A DNA stretch of 64,000 nucleotides from Nymphon striatum. Its lineage: Eukaryota. Location: positions 287,545 to 351,544 of the forward strand of contig JABFOP010000357.1 in the NCBI GenBank assembly GCA_016618385.1, read 5' to 3'. How positions within the stretch are numbered: position 1 is the stretch's first letter; every line of letters starts with the position of its first letter. A program made the position numbers and the translations under genes. Under the pieces are notes generated by a model that was given only the letters and a program-made list of their open reading frames with translations, did not search any database and was not told where the DNA came from. Shown piece after piece: positions 1-12,488 of this stretch.

Positions 1-342
1 CAATTAAAAATTTACTTATATTAATTAATAACAGAAGGTAAAACCAAAAAATAAGTACTCAAATCCCCTAATTTTAACAAATTAGCTGCTAAAAATACAG
101 AACTGAAAACACGAGCTTCAACATGAGCTTTTGGAAGTCAAATATTTAAACCGTTAATTAGAGTTTTAATAAAAATAAATATCATTGATATTAAAAAATT
201 TTAATTAAGTGTACCTTTATGATTAAAAATTATAATAGATAAGTAGGGAAAATCAAACCTAGAAAATAAAAAATAAACACACAATAAAGATATGAGTAAA
301 GGAATCTGAGCCAAATAAGGTATAAAAAATAAATAATACTTA

Positions 343-725
343 AGCCAAAAAAAAAAAATGCTGTGTTTCCGGTAACGGTCTTGACAGACGGGAGGGTCGG
401 TAGGTCGGTTTTTCTTTTTATTTTTATTTTTTTATTTTTTTATTTCCTAGAAATTATATAGCCCACCAATTATACCATTTACTTCATTTGAAGGGCTATC
501 TACATTTGATTCAAAGAAATACAAGTGTTTAAATCATTTAATTTAGACAAACATCATAGAGAATTTTAGGAGGAATTTTAGGAGGTAGTTTTGTGACGTT
601 TTTTCTTTACCATTTCATGCATTTTACTATGTTTTTCCTGAATCATCATAAAAACATTTCAGTCGGCGGTAAAATTACATGGTCGGTCGGGTTACCGGAA
701 ACACAACATTTTTTTTTTTTTGGCC
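343..725. mobile_element. MITE family A, short copy (about 380 bp). The TIR is (G/A)GCC-A(n)-GCTGTGTTTCCGGTAAC. It is flanked by TTA on both sides (3-bp TSD), which fits a PIF/Harbinger-like element.
   Basis: The left end agccaaaaaaaaaaaatgctgtgtttccggtaacggtc is the inverted complement of the right end gttaccggaaacacaacattttttttttttggcc. Flanks read cTTA|agcc ... ggcc|TTAg. The same element recurs at 45557-46646. Confidence 0.75.
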
Positions 726-1547
726 TTAGAACTAGTGTTTGTAAAAAATATTACCACACACTACAATAACACGCAAACGCACTTCTTTTTCCGAAAAAAG
801 TATTATAATATATAACATAAAAATTCTCAAACAAGATATTAAACATTCATTAAATGTTTGAAACTCAATAGCCTACATTTCCCCTTCTTCACAATTTTCA
901 TTTTTTTTTTTAAGCTTGACTGGCATAAAATGAATCAATTTTAAAATCTATTTTAATTAATAAATTCATTTTCGAAGCTACCTGTCGATTGTGCGATAAA
1001 CAGTATATAAAATTCGTGCCCGTTGCTTATGAGATAATATGGAACTCGCCAACTTAGTCAATATATCTCGTAAGCAACGAGCACTCATTCCATATCCTCT
1101 ATATACAAATAAATTAAATCACCGGCAAAAAAAAAAAGAAAACTTATTCCAAATAATTTGATCTTGTTAAGTTTTTGTCAAATTATTATAAATTCAATAA
1201 CCATTACAATGAATTTCTAATTCGTGTGAAGCTCAAATATACTATCCTCAATCCTCAATCTTCAATTTAAATATTATTTTATACACAGCAATTTATCAAT
1301 TTTAAAGAGAATATTATAAAATACAAACATGTAACTCTTGTGCTAGTTCCATAATATCGTATTCATTCTCGTTAGTTATGGTCGCTTCAGAAATGTGGAT
1401 AAATTTAAAGATTTGAATAACTGCGTCTTTATTAAATCTTAAAATTGATTGTTTCTTAGCTTTGGGTAATTGGTTACACCACACTCTGTGAATAAATTTG
1501 AAGAAATATAAGCAAAAAATTAGTTATAAATATATATTTCAGATATA

Positions 1548-2601
1548 CCGTATATTACCGCGTATAATACGAAGTTTTATACCCTGAAATATATGGCAAT
1601 AACAAAGGTGCGACTTATATGTGACAAACACCTCGAGGGGAGTCATTTCGAAGGAAATCTGGCCTGTCTGTCGGTCCATGGGCCATGGTATGGGCGATAA
1701 TAAAAGAATTTCAAGGTAGTTTTTTTTTGTCACACGAACTCGTGTGAACTCGATCTAGTATGTCATGTGTGGTATTTGTATTTAGTATCATCATATTCTT
1801 TAATAATTAATTAAATTACGTGCCAAATATAACTATAACTAAAATTATTACATTATTCTCCTTGACGGTGTCCGTTTAATGGGGTACCTTGTTAAATGAT
1901 GAGTGTACAGATGGCGCTGCGAGACAGCCAAGTTAAGCCTCTGATAATTTAACACTGTTTAATGCTGGCGTTTCTGAGTTTATGGGTTTTTTTATCAATT
2001 TCACATCATGCCAACTGGATGTTGCGTTCCCATATGTAAGAACAGGTCTGGCCATTCATTTCCTCTTTCAAACCCTGCACGAGTTCAATCCTGGACGCTG
2101 GCAATTAATTAGTTAAGAGAGAGAAGTGGCAACCTACCAATTTATCAGGTCTCTCGTGATGTAATGTGTGAGGAATCAGGTCTCTCGTGATGCGATGTGT
2201 GATGAATCAGGCCTCTCGTGATGTGATGTATCAGGTCTCTCGTGATGTGATCTTTAAATCATTTAAACTCTTTCCTTCGTATTTGTTCTTAGGCATTTGG
2301 AAAACGATTCATAAAAATTAAACCAAACAACAAACACAGTTGAAGGGTTGAAGTTGACCGGGATTTTCCAACCTTACCTTACCTATAAAATAGCGCCACC
2401 TGGATTTTTAGTTCCAAAGTACCCCATTGCAATCAGTGAATCACGATCTGGTGTAATTTTTGTCCTGATGATGCCAGTCATTCTGACTGCGTATTATGTG
2501 TGAATTAGGCACGGTTCCTGCCTTTTGCTTCTAAATTGGGCTGCGTATTATACGTGGATGCGTATTATACGTGGGTGCGTATTATACGCGGTAATATACG
2601 G
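1548..2601. mobile_element. TA-TSD (Tc1/mariner-type) MITE of about 1.05 kb. It has a 24-bp TIR CCGTATATTACCGCGTATAATACG, subterminal GCGTATTATACGTGG repeats and an internal 30-bp-unit tandem array (2140-2260).
   Basis: Left junction agaTA|ccgtatattaccgcgtataatacg. Right junction cgtattatacgcggtaatatacgg|TAgatc. The two ends are exact inverted complements. Confidence 0.75.
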
Positions 2602-2639
2602 TAGATCAAGAAATAAATCGATAAAGACAATAATATAAA

Positions 2640-3075
2640 GTGGCACTTGATACACAGAGGGTATCTCATAAGCAACGGGCACAACTTTTATATTCTGTTT
2701 ATCGCACAACCGACAGATAGCTTCGAAAATGAATTTATTAATTAAAATAGATTTTAAAATTGATTCATTTTGTGCCAGTCAAGCTAAAAAGAAGAATAAA
2801 TTGTGGAGATGGGGAGGGGAAAAGTTTCAAAATGTAAAAGAAATGACGCAACTGAAGATAAGTGAAATTGGAGAAGCGGCTTGTTCAGTAAGCGGCTTGT
2901 TCAGTAAGCGGCGTGTCTGCAATATAAGAAATGAAAAATAAATTCGTGGTAGGCAAGATTCAAAAGCTCAGACTTCCTGTGTCCATAATCGGACACCAAT
3001 ATAGAACGTGTCCTTACGATATATATAGGGACGTGTCCTAATACAAGAAATATACAACCCCCAAATGCATTCAAT
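2640..3075 (+). repeat. Repeat family B copy (internally shorter).
   Basis: Collinear with 7741-8475, with 80-90% identity across the shared blocks (for example ttatcgcacaaccgacagatagcttcgaaaatgaatttattaattaaaatag...). Confidence 0.6.
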
Positions 3076-3358
3076 AAATTGTGTGATAAATACGATATAC
3101 AGGAGTTATTTGGTAATGTTTAAATCCAAATTAATACTATAAGTTGTTTTAAAAGCTATCTGTTGGTTATGTGATAAAAAGAATATGAAACTCGTTCCAA
3201 TTTGAAATTATATTTATGAAACTCAACGGTGTTTTATTTCAGCTCGCCAAAGCTCGCTTCATAAATCTCATATCAAATGGGAACTCGTTGCATATCCTAT
3301 ATATATTAACTTCACATTGAAATATACGGAGGTTTTCCAAATCAAAAACAGACTTGTA

Positions 3359-4019
3359 TAGATGACTTCCGAAACTGGCACCCTCTACAGGGAATGACGT
3401 CACTAGGAGGAAAATTCAAGCATAAGTTGTATCGACACACAGCAATCAATATCCAACAATAATAAACAACATTTAAATTACAAAATAAACACAGAAATAA
3501 TATCAGCATTTTTACCAAAATTCACACAATCACAGTGAAGACTATCTAGAAGCATTATAATCAAGATAAAGTATAATATACGCAGTTTTATGCCTATTTT
3601 AACAACTAAATTCGTATCTGTCCCGCAAGCAAGTTTCCTGAAAATTGACATTAATCACATAATCGAGAACTGTCTAGATTTAGTAATAAACACAAAAGGG
3701 TTCTGATAGAGAATAAAAATAAAACTATGAAAAACAATGAAAAAATTATGAAAATAAAATTATGTAAAAAATTAAAAAATTAAAAACTTTATAAAATTAT
3801 TAATTTTTTTTTTTAATTTATACATTTATAACTCATATTAAACATGATAAACATAATTAAAGGTTTATTTTTTAAAAATTTCTTCAATTTCATGGTAATA
3901 GATAGTTAATTCTGGGACACCCTGTATAGCTAGCAGCTTAAACTGAGTTTTCTACCTCCTAATGATGCAATAGTGCTGTATTTTTCTCTGTAGAGGGCAC
4001 CAGTTTCGGAAGTCATCTA
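3359..4019. mobile_element. TA-TSD MITE (about 660 bp) with perfect 32-bp TIRs TAGATGACTTCCGAAACTGGCACCCTCTACAG.
   Basis: Left junction cttgTA|tagatgacttccgaaactggcaccctctacag. Right junction ctgtagagggcaccagtttcggaagtcatcta|TAtgacc. An internal segment (3880-3950) recurs at 25685-25750. Confidence 0.75.
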
Positions 4020-4394
4020 TATGACCTTTGCTTGGGGTCGCGATCTTGTTTTGTTATCCCATCTTTGGCCGCGCATTGCGTGTACGGTGTGCGAGCAGGG
4101 CGCAAACACGGCTAAACGCTCCACTGCGTACCAACGAAATGGCACGCCTTGGCACGACGCATTGCGCGGCATTGCCGGAACAAAATTTGTGCAAGTGTCA
4201 GGGTGACATAAGCTATTATTTTTGTCTGAGCTGGTGGTGAGATAAGTGCCATGTATTTTAAAAGTTTTCTTTTCTCAATTAAGTTGTTACAATGAGGTGT
4301 CTCGAAATGATCGACACCAGGTGGCGAACCTGTAACATAAGTCTAAACTGACGGCAGTAATCATAAAACATGGCTTCGGTGGGTGGGGACATTA

Positions 4395-4995
4395 GAAACA
4401 ATTATGTAAGACAAGATGGACGTCACAGTCACGTGACTTTCATAGCAACCGTTTGTCTAGGGGCAAAAGAACTTGGTCGCTATGGCTTTGGCCGTGTTGT
4501 GAGTATGGTGATAGTGAACTTTTCCAATTCACTGCTTGTTTTAAATTATTTTAACGAACCGGATGATTTAAATCAGCCTGAAATCAATTCTGGAGTATAA
4601 ACAGGATATAGATAAGCATTAAAAAGCATGGACTTACAATTTGGTTCTGTTTGATTTGATTAAATCATGTAGCCTGTACAGTGACAGTGTACATAAATGA
4701 ACACAAATATCTCGACTCGGACAACCAACAAGCCTTTCGGCATGATTTAAATAAATCAAACATAGTCAAATTGTAAGTCCATGCTTTTTAATACCTACCC
4801 ATATTCTGTTTATACTCCATAATTGATTCTATGCTGGTTAAAATCATCCGGTAAATCAAACAAGCATTGGAAAAGCTCACAATCACAAGTGCGTTTACAC
4901 TCAACACGGTCAAAGCTATAGCGACCAATTTCTTTTGCCCCTAGACAAACGGTTCTTATGCAAGTCACGTGATAAAAGCCCGGATGTTGTCTTAC
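4395..4995. repeat. Large imperfect palindrome or foldback. Arms of about 250 bp (4395-4660 and 4740-4995) are separated by a loop of about 80 bp.
   Basis: For example acgtcacagtcacgtgactttcatagcaaccgtttgtctaggggcaaaagaa... is mirrored by ...ttcttttgcccctagacaaacggttcttatgcaagtcacgtgat. Confidence 0.65.
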
Positions 4996-5893
4996 AGAAT
5001 CAAGCGATAAAACATTACCAATTTACTGACAATCTGGTAATTTTTCAAATATTGTCATATCTACTTCAGAAAATATAAAAAATATAAATAATAAAATATT
5101 CACAAAGAGAAATTTCTTACTTAAAATATTCACAGCCTTTCAAAATCGTTGTATCCAAATAATACGTTGTTGTCTCCAGGCTCCATTTGTCGTCTGGAGG
5201 TTCATACTTAACATTCATTTGGAAATAAGAATCTCTGTCGTTTTCATTAGGAACTTTTTCTATGCGTTCAAATTTTTTACGGTTAACATTACGATCAATT
5301 CGATCAAGCTTAATTTCCATCCGAATTTTTGTCTGACTTTCCATTGAACTTTCCATACAGCTAGACTATTCAAATACAGTAGATCATAAAATATAAAAAA
5401 ACTGAATTGAAGTTTTGTGTAGTAACAAGGAATTATAGTATTAAATTCTGACTACAGTCCTTTATGTCTATTTTGTTTCAAGAATTTTATCTAAGATAAG
5501 ATAAAAATGAATAATTAAATCAAGGCCAAACAACAAGCAATCAGATTATTTGAACTCTTAAATTATTTTTTTAATTTCCCTGTTATCCGAACTGAAAAAC
5601 AGGCTCCTTGTGTCTCATTCTTTCGGTCATTATGCCAATACATACTTTTCAATCCTCTTAATTTCGTCTGGAGATTCTCGATATATGCAACTGTCTCCAC
5701 AATTCCCGATATTTACGTAAACATTCCCGTAAAAATCTCGATATTTGATTAATCTGAACGTGCACATGCCCAATTGAATTCGGAAAATTCCGAGAGATAA
5801 AAATGAACACTAAGCAATGTTTGCTATATTATCTACTCTATTTGTATTGAAATCCAGAAGTTTAATCAATTATCATCAGAAAAAGAAATAAAT

Positions 5894-6651
5894 ACCGTAT
5901 ATACCGGCGTATAAGACGACCAGCAGATAAGACGACCCCCAAATTTCACTCTAATTTTATGATTTTATCTCATATCGGGCGCATAAGACGACCCCCAAAA
6001 ACCCCCAAAAAGGGGTAGTTAAATTTACATTTTACATTTTCTGAAAATAGATATAAATTGATTTTGATTCAATATTACGAAATATCACTATTGGTAAACC
6101 GAAAGTTTAGCGCCCAGTAAATAATACGTCTCGGATAGGGTATAACATCGCAAAACCTTTACTCTTAATTACACAAAATAGGAACATAAATCAAATATAA
6201 TGTTTCTTCTAATCAGTTACTAACCTTTGTGAATGATAATTTTGTTAATATATACTATAGCTTTTTTGTGCATTTCGTGATATGGTATGCATAGACCTGT
6301 ATCATAAAAAGCGAAACCGACACCGACATAATCTGTACATTTTCGAAATTCAGGCCTTTTAGTAACATAATTCGACGACATATTTATTTAATTAAGGTTA
6401 GTAATTATAATTAGAAAAAATTAAATTTTGATTCTTTATCCAAGTATGTTGAATAATTGATTTGATTCATGTTCCTGTTTTGATTAATTAAGAGAAAATT
6501 TGTTGCTATGAGACACCTAGTCCGAAACCGTGTTATTTACTGGGCGCTAAACTTTAGGTCACTATTTTTGTGTCGGGCGGATAAGACGATCCCTTGTTTT
6601 TGAAGTTTATTTGGGTTGTTCAAGGGTCGTCTTATACACCGGTATATACTG
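5894..6651. mobile_element. TA-TSD MITE related to 1548-2601. The TIR is C(C/A)GTATATACCGG(C/T)GTATAAGACGAC with subterminal ATAAGACGACC repeats.
   Basis: Left junction aaTA|ccgtatataccggcgtataagacgacc. Right junction ggtcgtcttatacaccggtatatactg|TAtac. The internal core (6140-6250) shares a module with the family-C MITEs (55200-55290, 6960-7020, 32960-33010). Confidence 0.75.
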
Positions 6652-7740
6652 TATACTTTTTTACCCATCCAAGAGTGACGTCACAAGAAGACATCCAAGA
6701 AGACATTTTTTCCTGGAACAGCCCTTAGCTTAATATGCATATTAAAATTAGTATTTGATTATGACAAAAGGTATAATCAGAGTCCAGCAGAGAGATGAAC
6801 ATTTTCATTGTTTATATGTTAGCAGGGGATATTTTGCCAGCCACGGCAATATAGCCTGAAATCTATTTTTTGCCGGCGCTTCGCTCTGATTGGTTTACAT
6901 ATGATGTCGTTTAGCTTACAATAAATAACACGACTCGGATAGACACATCGCAACTCATTTTACTCTTAATTACACAAAATAAGAACAAAAATCAAATATA
7001 ATGTTTCTTCTAATACTCCTAGGAACCTAACCTAACCCTCCAATTTTTATTATTAGGTTATTATAATAACTATGTAAGATAGTCTGTTTTTTGTTTTAAT
7101 AGTTTCTATCAGCCTAAATCGGAATAGGTTAAGTAGGGTTTGTTTGATTACAATAAATAATAATAATTGGAGGGTTAGGTTATTATAATAACTATTTATT
7201 GTAATCGAACAAACTTTACTTGAAGGGATACTCCACTCACTTGGTGTAAGAAAAATGTTCCCAATCCATAGTACATATATCAAACAACAGTTACTGATTT
7301 TTTAAAAGTCGTGACGTATCTGTCCACAATGGCAGCTCCAACGTAGTTGATTTTAAAATACGTTTAACAATATTAAATGAACTAGAAAAAATTTTTAAAA
7401 ATCAGGAATTACTAATACGACCTATATAAATATTCATGGAACGTTTTTAGATAGTATTAACTTTAAAACATACGTACCAAAAACTTGACCGCACTGTTTA
7501 AATAACAAATTCCCATTCTGTGCAGTTAAGTTGCTATGGCTGTCTGCTGCTATTCCGTCATAGAAAGTTTAAGGGAACAAATTAACATATGGGTGTATGA
7601 ATTGAACCATCAACATTTTACAAGGCTATATTTAGTTTAAATCTAGTTCTTTTTTAAAATAAGTGTTGTGAACTTTTATAAATATTATTATATATATTCA
7701 TGGCACTGGTTATTTATTAGTTTTGATTATTTTCTTAAAC

Positions 7741-8475
7741 ATATATAGAGGATATAGAATGAGTGATCGTTGCTTACGAAATATATGGAACGAGTCAACT
7801 TTGTTTTTATTTCAGCGAACCTTGGCGAGCTGACATTAAAACTAAGTTGGCGAGTTCCATATATCTCGTAAGCAACGGGCACGAATTTTATATTCTGTTT
7901 ATCGCACAACCGACAGGTAGCTTTGAAAATGAATTTTTTAATTAAAATAGATTTTAAAATTGATTCATTTTGTGCCAGTCAAGCTAAAAAAAAGAATAAA
8001 TTGTTGAGAGGGTGAGAACGGGAGGGGGGAAAGTTTCAACAATTTAATGAAATCCGAGACAGTAGAGTTTGGAAGTTGGAAGTGAAAGAAATTCAATATG
8101 GGTGTTGGGAGAGAATACGTCACGAAATAAAGAATTTGGTCTAAAACACTTCTGTTCATCTTCTCGAGACATAACTGACAAAAGTGGGTGATCTCTTCTG
8201 ATAATATCCGATTTCTTCCATTCAACAAAATAGAAATGACGCAACTGAAAATAATTGAAACTGGAGAACCGACTTGTTCAGTAAACGGCGTGTTTGTAAT
8301 ATAACAAAGGAAAAATAAATTTGTGGTAAGCAACATTCACAATCTCAGACTTCCTGTGTCTGTAATCGACACTAATATAGCACGTGTCCTTATACGATAT
8401 ATATAGGGACGTGTCCTTATACAAGAAATATACAAACTCCAAATGCATGCAATAAAGTCAAGGTTGTGCGATAAA
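7741..8475 (+). repeat. Interspersed repeat family B, about 735-bp copy. Termini are TATATAGAGGATAT...GGTTGTGCGATAAA, with an internal inverted copy of the terminal GTGCGATAAACAG motif.
   Basis: Near-identical copies lie at 2640-3075 (+) and 58290-59150 (-, with extra internal sequence). A partial copy lies at 905-1100 (-). Fragments lie at 3170-3310, 9830-9960, 10045-10140, 17020-17110, 37900-37960 and 43370-43470. Confidence 0.65.
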
Positions 8476-9239
8476 CTAAAATATAGAAATCGTCACAAAT
8501 ACATACACCGGATTGCAGCGCCGCAGACGAAACTTTGATCAATTTTATTTATTTAATTAAATACAAAACAATGGAGGAATCGTTAATTTGTTTTCAACTT
8601 GATGACCCCAACTTAATTGTCATGCATTGTGTAGAAGTTGACGGATCTACACGACCAAGGAAAGACTGAATTTGGGGAAAACCGAGCATTTGAATAGGTA
8701 AGGAATCACAGCGGAAATTTGTTGAACTAAATTTGATAATTATAAATATAGATGAACTATTTCCAAAATCAAAACACTGACCAAAAAAGATCCTTTTTTT
8801 TTTTCTCTAAACAGGATTTCAAATTCAGCCACGTCGTATACAGCACAGCACTGAGAATCCGCAGGCAATATCTAGGATTATAAAGATCTATCACTAACCA
8901 TCTATAAATGGTTAAAATATTGAAGAGACCCCCCCCCCCCGGGAAGGAACTTCAAGCATATCAGACTGATCAGACAATCCATAATGCTACACGTAGAAAG
9001 AACCTTCGAGGAGGAGCTCCAAGTTCGACAAACTTCAAAATATCCTACTTTAAATAAACCTCAATATTTTTCAGCCGAGAGAATAATCTAATGGCTTTTT
9101 ATTCCTGCGAACAGTGCATTTTGATAATTTTCAGATGTAATTAAATCTCTATTTCAGTCGAGAGGGGGAGATTTGTTATTGTAATTAAAGCTTTGCCCGA
9201 GGGCTTCATTCAACTGCTACACGGCTAAAAACAGCTATG

Positions 9240-10022
9240 TTTGATACATACAATACATGCCCGTAGCCAGAGGGGTGTTTAGGGTGTCCAGGCACCACCC
9301 CAAAACAGCCAAAGGTCCACTTTGAAAAATTACACTTAAAAAATAATAAATATTTTTAGATTCTCGCTCATTTTTGTGTTTCTGGTCAATTTTAACTTCC
9401 TGTCGTAAGCTTGCTTGCTCAGTTGAGCTGCAGTTGCAATTTTGTCCCTAGACCTTGTCATCATTGCAAATAATAATGTTTATCACATAATAGAGGAGTT
9501 ATTCTACCGATCTCAGTGGACATACAAATGATATAAACACATGTGTAAAAACTTGTTATAAAACGATAAACTGCTTAACGGTGAGAGATGTTTTTAATGG
9601 GTAACCGATTTAAAGTGACAATAATCTTAAACAATGACAAATGGCTCTTAATAGTTTGTTTTCTTAATGATTTTCTACATTAAACCTACTCAGAAGTTTT
9701 TATTGCATTTGGCTTGACCGGGAGCTGCAATATTGTCATTTAATTTATTTACAAGCATTTTAAAGAGGCGACAGATCGGAAAATGTTTTTAATGATTTGA
9801 CCTGGAGCTCTTTGATAAAACCTTACAATTTTCTTTATACACTTGTCCAAACTGAATCTATTTTAAATTAATTTAAATTAATTTTCAAAGCTATCTATTG
9901 ATTATGTGATAAACAGAATACCAAACTTGCCACGTCATATCTTCTATACACTTTTATCTTGAAACCGGTTCTTATATTCGAAAGAGGCACCTCCCCATAA
10001 AAAAATCCTGGCTACGGGCATG
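9240..10022. mobile_element. Putative MITE with about 18-bp TIRs (TATTGCATGCCCGTAGCCAG). It contains a family-B fragment.
   Basis: The left end atacatgcccgtagccagagggg is the inverted complement of the right end aatcctggctacgggcatgcaatacc. Confidence 0.4.
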
Positions 10023-10247
10023 CAATACCTCACACATGCATGTATCAAATTGAATCTATTTTAAATTAATTTCCAAAGCTTTCCGTCGGTTAGGTGAGCA
10101 GAATACGAAATTCGTCCAACGGGCACTCATTCCAAATCTTCTTCATCATCTGATTGTAGAATAATAGAAGCAATGAAAACACAAACAGTACACTTTAACC
10201 CCGCCTAAATATAAAACTAAATTACCAAGTATGCAGATACGTAAGTG

Positions 10248-10830
10248 GTTAAAGGCATACTCCACTCATTGGGTGTAAAAAAAGAAAAATTCTCAATCTA
10301 TAGTCCATATATCAAACATCAAATCCTGATTTAAAAAAAATTCTAGTTCATTTAATATTTTAAAACTAATTTTAAAAGCAACTATGTAGGAGCTGCCATT
10401 GTTGACAGAAACGTCACAGCCGTGACGTGTAATCCACAAGTCGTGACGTCATAGGCGATAGACGCCGCATACTGGTTACACTAGCATGTTACCTTTGTGG
10501 AAAGAAGATACTTTAGAAGATTATATGACCATTATTTAATTTCATTCTCGGCTCGAATCGATACGGTTAATAACACCAATAATCATTAAAAATTATCTTC
10601 TCTCCTCAAATGTATACTTGCTAGCATATATAGTGTATGACATCACGACTGTGACGTTTCTGTCCACAATGGCAGCTTCAACGTAGTTGATTTTAAAATT
10701 CGTTTAAAAATATTAAATAAACTAGATAAAAAAATTTTTAAATCGGGATTTAATGTTTAATATATGTACTATGGATTGGGAATTTTTTTTTTTTTTACAC
10801 CCAATGAGTGGAGTATGCCTTCAAGATATC
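10248..10830. mobile_element. Foldback element with arms of about 190 bp (GGCATACTCCACTCATTGGGTGTAAAAAAA...) around a central spacer.
   Basis: 10255-10440 is the reverse complement of 10640-10830 (for example gtcacagccgtgacgt and acgtcacgactgtgac). A solo arm of the same family lies at 7215-7400. Confidence 0.6.
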
Positions 10831-11111
10831 AATATGATATATTTTACGACAAACGGAAGTGCTGTTTTAAGGCATACTACAGGTAATAAAGTCACAAAAC
10901 TTTCAAAAAATAGATATATAATATGTATTTAATGTATAACTACTCAGTTTATTCTACTATATTCTAAAAAACTATAGTGTCAGAAAAACAACCTTAACCA
11001 AATAGTGTATTTGTAGAGTTTGAACAATGCACTGATTTGCTTTTCCACACTCAGATGTATAAGTTTATGCTGTCTGTCAATTGATGCCATCAATAATCAT
11101 GATTTGTACTA

Positions 11112-12488
11112 CAGGGTGGCTACTACGTTATGCAACGGAGATAATCGGGGGCGCCGGAACTACCACCTTGCCCTATCTAAATTCTGTGAATTTCTACATT
11201 TTTCTATTGTTTTGCCCTGAAAACTATCGTGCGGCCCCCGTCGATCTCTCTAGCTTCCGGCGCTACTGGAGATAATATGCTACACTGGAGATAATATAAC
11301 ACAATTAAACAAAATAATTTTAGTTTTTAAAATTTTATTAGTGTAGTAGTACATTGTCTTGTACACATAATTACAAAACATCATTAAAAATGACCGTCTT
11401 TTGCTTTCACTGCAGCTTGACGCTTAGGAAATGAGGAGACTGCGGCACAGATGGTCTTTTGATCAATGTCGGCCCATGCTCGGCAAAGAGACAGCCTTAG
11501 GGACTCCAAATTGTGGGTCTGGTTTAGCCACAAGCCTTCGCTTCTAAAATTGACCATGGAGAATAGTCCATAACCTTGAGATCTGGCGAGGAAGGACGCC
11601 AGGCATCCTTCGCCCAGAAACGCGGAAATTACTCCTTGCACCACGCTTGAGTGTTGTTGGACATGTGGGATGGTACTCAGTCTTGCTGGTACGTTTGCTT
11701 TCGGTCTCCGAAGTGTTTTTTAGCTTCAGTAGCCATAGGTGTCAGAATTGTGGCGATATACGAATCCGTCTTGACTTTTGACGCCTTCTGGAATGAAAAT
11801 TAACGGACTATTTCAAATTTCAGAAATGGCAACCAGACCATCACTTTGAGAGGTCCTTGACGCAGAGTAACCATTTTTTAGGCATGTCTTTGGAAGAATG
11901 CGCGATCACCAAATCATTCTTCTGATTGAATGATGCCTGGACATCAAGAGTTTTTCATCGGAGAAATCAACCTCCATGCCGGTTCTCATCTCCTTCAGCA
12001 GCAAGCGACCTCTGACCAATCTTTTTATCTTTGTGGCTTCGGTAAGGAACTGTTTCTGTTCAAGACGGTAAGAGAACATCTTCAAATCGTTATGAACCAG
12101 GCTTTGCATTGTCCTGACAGATACCTCCTCGTCTTTGGCCATTTTCTTCATTGATCGTCGAGGATTGCGACAAATTTTTTCTCGTGTCCGCTTTTTGGTT
12201 TGTCAGCTAAGGATTGAGTGTCCGTAAAGCATTTGACAGTCCTCCAAACTGTAGAGCGGTCAATTTTCAGTTTTTTTGGATATTTCTCGTGTTAGAAAAT
12301 CCAGCTTCATGCATATCAATAATTGTTTTACGTTTTTCATGCATTATTATAACCTGAAAAAATGCATTTGAAATGTTAGAATATATCTTGAAGTTAACTT
12401 AGAAACAAACGCATCAGAATTTAACAAGTGGTGTATGTAGTACATAATTAATTATTTAGCTCGGTTGCAAAACATAGTAGCCACCCTG
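11112..12488 (-). mobile_element. Degenerate Tc1-like DNA transposon. It has a TA TSD, TIRs beginning CAGGGTGGCTACTA, and a frameshifted transposase remnant.
   Basis: The TIRs tgTA|cagggtggctactacgttatgcaac ... gttgcaaaacatagtagccaccctg|TAct are inverted. Minus-strand ORFs (11906-12151 and 11384-11644) give ...AKDEEVSVRTMQSLVHNDLKMFS...VDFSDEKLL... and ...LCRAWADIDQKTICAAVSSFPKRQAAVKAKDG. These resemble the Tc1 transposase N-terminal and C-terminal (W..I....L..SMP.R..AV..AKGG) regions. Confidence 0.7.
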
